A stretch of DNA of 63,489 bases, filler included, from Dirinaria sp. TL-2023a (Eukaryota): the NCBI GenBank assembly GCA_051941275.1. It is 3 parts of 3 records of this genome, joined end to end, with 100 filler letters (N's around TTAATTAATTAA, not from the genome) between each part and the next. Parts side by side here need not be neighbours in the genome. Positions count along the whole stretch, not along the records: positions 1 to 21,128 come from JAVEBF010000267.1; 2 more parts are not named here. One strand, 5' to 3'. Of the stretch, positions 1 to 9,796 are shown in pieces. Position 1 is the first letter of the stretch, and each line of letters begins with the position of its first letter. Position numbers and translations under genes: made by a program. Under the pieces are notes generated by a model, which was given only the letters and a program-made list of their open reading frames with translations, was not told where the DNA came from and did no database searches.

Positions 1-714
1 GAACACAAAACAGGCAGTCACGAACTACCTTACGATGCTTGGTATTCTGAGGTAGAGGAGGGAGGTATTTAAACATGTATGGAGTTTGATGTTTAGGTGT
101 GTATTTGGGGTGTGTGAGCTGGTGAAACTATGGGAAAGGATGGGGAGAGGGTTGGAAATTGAATATGATACTAAATCACGATAAAATAAAATAAAAAACA
201 CCATTCCAAAAATCTAAACAAGCCCCGACCAAGAATTCGAATGCCAAAAAACCGACAATTCTTCTATTTCTTCCATTTCTAAAAAAAATAGATTCTTTGA
301 TTCAAGACAAGAAACGCAGGTACATGACGCACAGAGAAGCACAGGGAGATTTAGATTCGGGGTGCAGGTTTTGGAGGGTTGGACGATTTTAAGTGTGCAT
401 TCGGGAAAATTTTGGGAAGCTAATATTAATTTGATTTTTCTAGAACGGAACGGAGAGGATAAGACAGGTTTCTGGGAAAGCTTCTTGCGCCCCCCCTTCG
501 AAAATTCCTAATTACCACCACACTGTCTTTCGCAGCTCCTTTGAAGAATAGAATGACATGATGCAAATGTATTACTGGAAGAAGTTCCGAAGAACGAGCT
601 TTCCGAATCTCCCAACCTTCCTTCCGTGCTTTCTTGTGGTCCTATTGCCGAGCTAGTCCCCAACAGCCGATACGGAAGAATCGTCGGTTTACTGTCTGGT
701 GCGACGGGGCTCGA

Positions 715-1404
715 TCAGGCCGTACTTTCAGGCAGTAAGCATGAATCCGAGCAACAATCATCATAACGTTGAGGGTGAGTATGCATGAGTATCCGACGTA
801 CCTGATCCCAGAATGTCTGAACGTTAATACCAGCTCGATCGTAGGTCGTCATGGTATCATTGTTCCGAATCCGGATGTAGATATAGTACCTGCGCCGGAA
901 GTCACAGGACATGTGCAGGAAGTCGCGTCCGCCAACCTCGCGAAGCGCAAGGTACCAAGGCGGCCGTTGTCCTTGATGATTTAGCCGCATCGTAGGGTCC
1001 GTCTCTTCGAAGCTGGGGACATATTCCACACCGCGCATTCTTGTAGCAATGGGGTCGCGCTGACGAATTCTCTGATAAATGCTCCATGTCGAGCCGATGA
1101 GTCCTAGGTACCGGCCATTATCTATTGGAATGGTTGCATAGATCTCGTCGTATAACATTTGCGACGGCAAGACGGGGAGCCGTAAATTCGCTGCGGCCTG
1201 CCCAAACGGAGTGACTCTTGCAACATAAGAATTAGGGTGGCCATGTTCCCATAGACGATTGGATTCAGGTGTATGAAGATCACAGAGTATCTGTCGAAGG
1301 ATGTCTGCCAAACGGGCTTGGGCCATGAGGCTGTTGTCGTTTATGAATAGAAGCGGGTGGACTGAGGCCACGCTGGCATTGCTGGCATTGCTGAGTTGGT
1401 TCAT
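715..1404 (-). CDS. Hypothetical intronless protein (~229 aa), no recognised family
   Basis: Long uninterrupted ORF with protein-like composition; ATG at 1404 follows the GTG at 1407. No motif recognised. Confidence 0.45.
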   Translation of the reverse strand: MNQLSNASNASVASVHPLLFINDNSLMAQARLADILRQILCDLHTPESNRLWEHGHPNSYVARVTPFGQAAANLRLPVLPSQMLYDEIYATIPIDNGRYLGLIGSTWSIYQRIRQRDPIATRMRGVEYVPSFEETDPTMRLNHQGQRPPWYLALREVGGRDFLHMSCDFRRRYYIYIRIRNNDTMTTYDRAGINVQTFWDQVRRILMHTHPQRYDDCCSDSCLLPESTA

Positions 1405-1636
1405 CACGGAAAAACCAATACTGTGTAAAATGTAAGTGAGAAGCTCCTGTAATCTGTGCAGTATAATGATGGGTTAGGACAACCAGTCTTAGCTATGATT
1501 GTTCAGTATTGTAACGGTGTGTGAAGAACCTGGTATCATTTCCACCATACAGCAGTACTTTGGCAAACTGAGGCAATCGGGATCAATACTAGAAACTGCA
1601 ACAGTTTAGGAGATGTCAAGAATCACAAACACGTTG

Positions 1637-1731
1637 GCAAGCAGAAGTAGAGCTTCACGGTTGCGCAAAACGCTAGGTCGTGTAGCAAGCAGAAGTAGAG
1701 CTTCACGATTGCGCAAAGCGCTAGGTCGTGT
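1637..1731. repeat. Tandem duplication of a 48-bp unit (2 copies)
   Basis: gcaagcagaagtagagcttcacg(g/a)ttgcgcaaa(a/g)cgctaggtcgtgt starts at 1637 and again at 1685, with 2 transitions between copies. Confidence 0.95.
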
Positions 1732-1803
1732 TCGTTTCCAAACTCAGGTATCAATGCATTTATCTCACTCATCTATCTTTCATCGGCATTGAGTGTTCTT
1801 CAA

Positions 1804-3464
1804 TTATAAAACGTAGCGGAAGTATGGGTTCTCTTTATCGCTTATATCTCTGAAGGCCAAACGGTCTCTTTCCTCTTCGTTCAGCTGCAGCCTCTCTCGT
1901 CTGCGATTTTCACGGCGCAAGAAGGCATAAAGGACTATTGCAAGACATATGACGATACTGTAGCAGATGATTAGGCCAAGCCATAGCTCAGGATAGTGCC
2001 GCTTCAGGGTAGGTGTCTTTATAAGCTGTGGTCCGACAATATTGCCAACACAGTATGCTGCAAATATAGCGGCAGCCGTGAAGCTCTTCTTAGTAGCCCC
2101 AGCAACATTGGCCATGCCGATACTGATGATCAAGCTAACTACGGGCCCGAAGAAGCCTATGAGCGTGTAGCCAACGACAGGTGTGGCAGGCCTGCGTGAC
2201 CACGTACTCCTCCAGATCATGGTGCACCCAGCGATGACTGGCAAGCAGCAGAGGATGAGGAGAACTATGCGGATATCAGGAATACGGCTGGTAAGATAAC
2301 CGGTAAGTAGAATGAAAATGAACACGACCCCGCCCAGAGGAAATTGGAACAGTATAGATTCCAGTGTTGTGTAACCGAACGTCGAAACAATCAGCGGTCC
2401 AAATCCACTCACTGCGCCGTTGACCGTATAGGCTCCAGCCATCATAAACGCCACGAGCCAAATCTTGATGTCCAGTACAGCCTCTCGAAGTTGGGATACC
2501 TTGAGCTTTTGACATCGGACCCCTGTCTGGCCTTTGCGTAGCCGCTCCACAGCAACAATTCGCTCCTCTGGATTTAAAAACCAGGCTGAGACGGCAGAGT
2601 TTGGGAGGATGAAGCAGAAGCAACCGAAAAGTATCGTGATAGCTCCGGCCAGTAAGTAGATGTATTGCCAGCTACTAAGGGAGCCTCCAGTGATTTGGGC
2701 AAAGCCATAATTGATCGCACCGCCAATGATGGTCCAGCCACCGGTGGAAGAGAACCACCAGCTCTGACGCAGAGCTTGTTCTTGCTGAGTGTAGTAGCTG
2801 CTCACAATGCTAAATGATGAACAAAAATTACAAACAGATTTTAACGACTTCATCTTACTTTGGTCTTTGACTTACCACATGTACGCAGTTGGTATGATGC
2901 TTTCCACGAATCCCAAGAAGAAGCGTTGCGCAAATAAGCCACGCCAGGATGTCACCGTGGCTGTGAGCATAGCGATGGCGCCCCAAACAATGACGACAGG
3001 TCCAAGCACTCTCCCCAGCTGAAACCGTTGAAGTGTAAACGTTAGCGGATACAGGCCAGCAAGCATGCCAAAATAGAAGATGGAAGTTGCCCAGCTCAAT
3101 CTCTCGGTAGATGTTACTGGCGGCCGTGTCGAGTTGTCGACGACGCTAAGTGAAAGGTCTTTAGTCATTCCGAATAGCACAGCGCTGCCGAGAATAGCCT
3201 GATCGTTATCAGAAACAGTACGCCCGTGACCTGCATATTGTGTCGTCAAGTCACCTTATCATAGTATACAAAACCATATCCTATCCACATCACGGGTATG
3301 AGGAAGAAGTCTATTTTTCGAACCACGCGCCGTTCCAGTCGTCGGTCAATCCATTGTGCCCGGTCAGGAACAAATGCGGCAGCGATGTCGTCGTCTGTGG
3401 AAACTGAATTTATTTCATGCCCAACGTCCCTCTTCTCATCTGCGTGAGCATGTTGCAGACTCAT
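1804..3464 (-). CDS. MFS transporter, allantoate permease/Dal5 (anion:cation symporter) family
   Basis: Three exons (introns 3199-3254 and ~2811-2875, GT..AG). Motifs VVRKIDFFLIP..YYDKAILG, RFFLGFVES, WFLNPEER, NVAGATKK, GNIVGPQ and C-terminal AFRDISDKENPYFRYVL. Confidence 0.9.
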
Positions 3465-4014
3465 GGTTGCTGCGAGCAACGGTCTTGCTCAATTTGCTTC
3501 GAGGGACATATTTCTGGCAGAACCGTTATCTTCAGCGGGTTAGGTGTGGTATCATGAGGATAAAAAAATTTCTATCCGCTAGAATGATGTCAAGCCGCAC
3601 CGCTGGTGCGCGTCAACAATTAGCCGAGATATACCCCGACTCTGCTAGCAAGTCGATGAAATCAACTCTCCGTATGGTCTCGTGGGACGAAGAACTTAAG
3701 AATCGCAGAAGATCCGGATTAGTTTCAGAAAAATCGCGCTGATGAAAGGATGAATTCGAATTTTTATGGGCTTCGGAGACGGTCAATCGACTAGACATAG
3801 AAGAGACAGCTGCTATTGGCATATGTATATATGAGATATACAGCCCATACTTGAGTCTATTAATCGGACACTTTGAACAACTGTGCTTTCGAAAGTGCAC
3901 TGCATAGCTATGCCACCAGCAGCACTACCTACTATATTGTCTCTGTTGCCCCGAAATGCGTCGAATGGTAACCTAGCTCTACTAGAGGCTCCCCGTCACG
4001 TTAAGGACCCAGGT

Positions 4015-5117
4015 TCAGGTGGTTTCTTTGATGAAATTCTTCAAAATCTTGTTAACCTCGTCGGGTTTCTCCAGCTGCACCCAGTGGCCCGTCGCAAGTT
4101 CCTTGACTTGCAAGTTCTTGACCCATGGCCGAGTGTTTTGCTCTTGGACGGCAGGCACACCAACATAATCGAGGGTACAGGTGACCAACAAAGTCGGCTT
4201 TTGGATGTGTAGCCGCTCCTTCGCAAGGCTGGCCTCATCTGGAGTATTCAGATTGGCAATTTGAGCTTTGTACCAATTCAACGGTGGCCCATATCCTCCC
4301 GTCTCAGCAGCAAAAATCCTATCATGCGTCTCAATTTCTTCAGCCGAAACATACGGGGCCATGGGCGCTGTCTTCCTTTCTTCAAACCACGCTCGAGCAG
4401 CACCATATAAAGCGAGGTTCTGTTTCAAAGTTTCCGGATCGGCGCAGTAACATAGCGCATCAGCGCATTTGGCCTATCAGCACCCTGATTAGCACATTGA
4501 GCTATGAAAAGATTCGGCTGACCTACGTCGCGATCCATGAGCTCAGCTGCATCGGCTGACGCGAAGAAGTGCCAGTATCCGAAAACCTCATATCCGATCG
4601 CCTCAGTTGTGGCCTCGTTGATAGCGTCAACGGAGAAAGGGCCTGTGGGTGCTAGGTATCCGATGTCTAAAAAGACATAAGATATTAGACGTTCGGGAAA
4701 GTAGTTCGCCAGCCTTCCAAGAAAGAGTGCTCCCCTGATATCCTTACAATCAGGACTAAGGCCTTATAGCTGATTAAGGGAGGAGTACCAATCATGACCC
4801 ACGCCAATAACCTTGTCAATTTTCAAATGATCTAGAAGACTCATCACCTCTTCACTCATCTTTTTCAGCCTGTACGCAGCAGGATCTTTGGGTTTGTCTG
4901 TATCACCGTAGCCTAGCAAGTCTGGAGCGACTACACCATAGCCTTCGGCTGACAAATACTTGATCTGATGCCTCCAATCATAAGACGAACTTGGAAAGCC
5001 ATGAAGAAGTAGAACGTATGGCTTGTGGTTGGAAGGCTCCAAATGTACGAAGCCATAGGTGGTACCGTTCGGCAGACGGGCGGTCTTGCTAATGGAAGGG
5101 AAGGCGATGCTAGTCAT
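4015..5117 (-). CDS. Alpha/beta-hydrolase, soluble epoxide hydrolase-like
   Basis: HGFP oxyanion motif, APDLLGYG, nucleophile GHDW|G split by an intron, C-terminal GHWVQLEKP. Three exons splice in frame. Confidence 0.9.
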
Positions 5118-6481
5118 GTTGCTTGGCTTGAAATAACGAGAAAGAGATGCTAAGGTTGAGAGATATGTGCTGGTGTATGGGACTGCGCGCTGACAAATGC
5201 AATACCAGGTATCTCAAAGATAGCCCGTGCCAATGGCCTTTTACGGCCGAGCGGCAATTTGATTGGAAGAAGGATTCCAAGCAGGCAGCCAAAAAGTCAT
5301 AGAGATGTGCCAAGAGCGTACGGAATTACCTTGATCTCTTGCCTGTATCCTTCAACACTCGCATGGTCCTATCGCCGCCGTTCCGACTCGAATCAATGAT
5401 GGCTTAGGGGAGCTCATTTAGCAATGACTGAGACATCAAGATCAAATAGCCTTATCACTTGGTAGATAAAAAGACCTCGGCAGGAGGTTGCAGGTCTTTA
5501 ACCTCAGCCAGTAACCGCATAGTGAGTTGTTAGGGCGCGAAGGATTCATCGATTCGTGATGGGCCCATGCAGAAAGTATAAAGGTAGGAGGTAATGGCGC
5601 AAAAGTCATGCATATCTTAGAGGGGGGCTTTCATTTCAAGCAAGAATTTAACCCTAGGTAAATAAAGGGTCATCAGAAGTATTCGGAGTGATAATCACAT
5701 AGGTAGGAAAACTGAGCAGTAACTTCAGCCTGGAAATCATTTGGTTTCCCCCCTCTATGCATGACTTTTGCACCATCTATTCTCTTAAAGAAAGATAGAA
5801 AGTAAGGTAAGTAGTAAGATTACTACTCTCCTACTTTACCGTAAATGCTGGAACCTTGACGGCTTCGGCAGATATTTTCTCCGACCGCAGTGGCGGCACG
5901 GCTTGGCAGGGCCATTGGCCGTACCTACTGAACTCAACAAACACCATCCAATCATACAATCTCCATGCACGACACTCATCTCCGACGATCCCTCCCTTCT
6001 CTTTACGGATGCCTGTTGCAGCAATTGTCGAGTCTACAGTCATTTCGTTGAGTTGTGTTGATCTCAACGCCTGTACTCCCCAAAGAGTTCATTGGAACTC
6101 TGACTTTCTTTATATTTTTAGCTTTCGACATGGGCGAAACTTTATAATCAGTTGACATGACGGAACCTCCGCAAGGGACTTCAGGAAAAGCGACCTTAAG
6201 GTACCTAGGTATTTGCTGCGCAGCTTGGCATTCGTAAGGCAAGGTTGGAGTTTTTGGTTTCTATAAGTACAATAATCTTCAATTCCGCGGTCCTACTTAT
6301 GTCTAGCATAAGCGGCAAACCTGCCATATTCGCCGATGCCAAAAGCGTTATCTAATTACCAGACCCAACCTAAGCCATTCGGTTCTGTAGATGGCTGCCG
6401 TGCCTCTAGTCCCATGCTGTCTTGAAAGGGTTTTGTACAATGCTGCGTATCGAGTCGTCAATGTGGTTGTCCCTTCTCTGG

Positions 6482-8455
6482 TTACCATGTTTCCTGCAAA
6501 TTCCGTTAGGATTTAGTTGCATCTGATTTTGAGAATATGATGCTTACCGCCACGTAATGTCCGCTTCCCTTCTTCTTCTCCCAAAATTCCCTCGCCTCTT
6601 CCCGGTTTAGGTTGCCCTTGTCCATGGCGACATCGACCAAACTCTTCTCCACGCCCTCCCCCATCCCCTTACTGCTCCCACACACAAACACCCTCCCATC
6701 AAGTGCATTGATTACGAACCAAACGAGATCCGCCTGATGCCGCACTTCTTCCTGCACATAACGGCTTTCGCCCCTCCGGCTCTGCACGACCTTTCTGACT
6801 TTCTCGTCATCAACACCCCATTCTCCAGAATACAGTTCGTCGAGAAGAGAGTCGCGCACGCCTTGCAGAACCCAGACTTTATTGGCACAGTTAGCGCTGC
6901 GCAGGCGCTTCTGCACGAAGCCACGGAATGGTGCAATCCCAACCCCCGCACCAATGAGGAGCATGGGGCCGTCTGTGACGAACTCCCGCGCGAGCGGGTT
7001 GGCCATAAGCCCCCTGAACATTGGCACCCGCAGGTCAAGGCTGGAAGGACTGATGCCTGCTTCCTCGGCCTCGATGACCTTACGAGCGATTCGTTCTAGG
7101 AAACCAGACCCGACGCCCGTGCGGGGCCCGCCGCGCCAGTTAGGTGTTTCGTGTACAGTTACTGCTATCTCAATAATACGTCTTGGCTTTTCAGGGGAAT
7201 TAGAAGCTGTGGGACGGGATATAGAGGGGTCTTGCGAGAGAGAATAAAATCGAGGCATCAGAGCTGGAAGTACAGATAGGAGGTGAGGGAGTGGTGGCTT
7301 CGAAGAGGGAAACGCAGAAAGTAGTTGGGCAAGCGTGATGTGTGGACCCGTGCGTAGATCGCAGAAAGCCGCTTGGCCTTGTGCTGAGGAGAGATAGAGC
7401 AGGATCTTTTTTTCGTTCGGCGCATCTGCATAGTTGGCAAGAAGACGTAGGAGCGCTTTAGTTGGTGCATATGATTGGACGTCCGAGCACCATGTCAGGA
7501 GAGCACGTCGGGTGGTGGTGAGTGTCCGAGGCTTGTCATCACCCCAGATTGTCGGCCATCGCCCGGTAGTTGTTTGCACAGTGACAGGCTTATCGCGTAC
7601 ATGGGAAGGGATGAGCAACAAATCGAGTATTTCCTCCACAAGGTGGCTGGAGTTGGGCGCTTGCACGCCGACGGCGCCGCCAACAACAAAGTCTACCGAG
7701 CCAGTTTCGACCGGATAGTCTGTTACGTCGAGATCGAAGTGATAAGTTCGTTTTTCCGCGCCAGGTTTCGTCAGCTCACGCGCGTGGTGTACTTTGGACG
7801 AGTAAACTTCCCAAGGAGCATGTGGTTGTACGAATTGTGGTGGGTGTCGCTCGACACCAAGCGCGCTTGGAATATCAGGCCGATCCGGAGTGATGTCTGT
7901 TGACAATTTGCTGAATGTGACAGTCTGCGGCTGTAGCTCGGCAATCTTGGTAAGATCGCTGTTCATACTCAATGGCCCAAGCTTCAGACCAAGACTATGG
8001 AACGCGTTGTTGTCAGGTCTTGGCACAGGCCGAGAAATTCCTGATGCAGGATCCTCTGGCAGAGCGTCCAAAAAACAGCATCCTCCTCCGCAGCACACTT
8101 TTTCAAGTAATTTGGTGTCGGTCTCAGCCTTCCCAATCAAAATACGTCGCACATCTGCGGGGCTCTGAGATATCAACTGTGTGGAAGCACGTCGTCGACG
8201 AAGGGACATCTCGCCTTCGTTCATCGAATCGTCCGAATCGTCCACCCGAATATCAGTATCCGGGGTTCGAGGCGACGCTGGCTCGGAGGAAGAGGTATAT
8301 TGCGAAGTAGAGGATGAGGGCGGCGAATGCTCGGTAGTCAAAGGTCGGATATGGACTTGAGGTATAGAGACAGGCTCCCTAGGTATGGGATCATTGGGAT
8401 GACACGTCGAGCACTCTTCGCAGCAAACATGTTCGTGAGGTTGTGGTTGATGCAT
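6482..8455 (-). CDS. FAD/NAD(P)H-binding oxidoreductase (CPR/methionine-synthase-reductase-like FNR module) with Cys-rich N-terminus and no flavodoxin domain
   Basis: PRFYSLS, GVGSGFL, LIGAGVGIAPFRGF, YVQE, VFVCG motifs. Intron 6494-6547 (GTAAGC..CTAAC..CAG) gives the C-terminus HYVAETW*, with the terminal Trp typical of the family. Confidence 0.85.
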
Positions 8456-8947
8456 TCTGAATGTGGCAGTGGCAATTCCGTGTGACAGGGTGTTATTCCG
8501 GTACGGATCTTGAACAATTGATGTCAGCAGTTGCGCGCATCATCGATTGCTTGAGATGATCTTCGGTTTATAGGAATGGGAAAGGTGTAAAGCACTGTAA
8601 ACTTACTTGGGTGGCGGGACAGACGTGAAAGAGCTATTATCAAGGGCCGCTCGGCAAGGACAAAGCACATGCCATTGAATCTACGCTGTAGAAGAGCGTA
8701 CACATTGCAGGAATACACGATGAAATAGGAGCATTCATCGAGCGGTTCCCAAAAATGCAAAGCAGATGAAGCGCATCAATCGGTATGGCTGATTTAGGGA
8801 TTAATATTAAGCAAGGTAGGTCTTGTTCATCAAGCATCAGGTAAGGCTGAATAAAGTAATGGAAGCGCCAAGCGTCGGACCTGAGTCGGTGTCAGGTCAC
8901 GTAATTAATTTAATTGAATGTTGCGACCGAGGGACGGAAAGGCACGA

Positions 8948-8955
8948 TGACGTCA
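8948..8955. promoter_or_regulatory. Palindromic CRE (ATF/CREB bZIP) site TGACGTCA upstream of the reductase gene
   Basis: Exact 8-mer about 490 bp 5' of the ATG at 8455; function untested. Confidence 0.25.
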
Positions 8956-9796
8956 ACTCGGTTTGGGACAGAGAGTCAGAGACTCCACCTACATGAACTC
9001 GTACCTTACATAACATCTCCTTGAACTGCTCGCCCATTCTTCAGAGCATTAGAAATCGAAGCAGTCGAGCAAATGATTGATGAGCTGCTTTCATGTATCA
9101 ACAAAAATGAATTTTCAACCACATCCAACAAAGGGGACACTACTTACTGGGTTTACTTACGATTTCAACGATGGTATCCGCCGTCGCGTGTAATCTTTTT
9201 TCCGCCCCTGCATCGTGTTCATGAGAATTTCTCGAAGGTGGTACCTTTGCGCAAAGACCCTCCAGAAACAGCGGTTTTTGGAGGTCGCGGCAAGATCGTG
9301 AAAGAAGCCGACTTTTGTTCTGGGGAGTGTTGCTGGTTGAGCTCTTTTGCGCAACGCCTAACCATTACTCACTACCAGGAGTTTCAAAAGGCAGAGAAAA
9401 TAATGATCGTGCAAACGAAAAAAGCTAATTGAAAGTCTCGAACTTTTACCTTGCTTATCCAAGGAAAGTCCTTCACCAACCGCGCATTATTGACCGTGCA
9501 GTGTGCACTGGTGGCAGCCTCTTACTAGCCGCAGCAGCGGATTGTGAGGTCGGGCGCCCTTGGCGACTGTCCGCACCAGGTTTTGCCGACCAGGTATTGC
9601 CGTTTCTCAAGTCTACAGATAATGTTGTACGGTTTGCATCGCCTTCCTTCGTCTCAACTCATTATTACATCAAGACGGGCACGACAGTACAGTACAATAG
9701 AACTGGAAAGCGGCTATGCTGTAGCGGATCCGCTTATCCTTCCTTGATTCTAGTCTTACAGCGACAATTGTACCTCCGTTCTGTACAATTGGATCC

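Noticed and set aside
1637..1731. CRISPR-like repeat
   Set aside because: Only two directly adjacent copies, no spacer, eukaryotic context, no cas genes.
1804..8455. MFS + hydrolase + reductase as a secondary-metabolite or catabolic cluster
   Set aside because: Co-oriented, but there is no backbone enzyme or pathway transcription factor, and no functional link is demonstrable from sequence.
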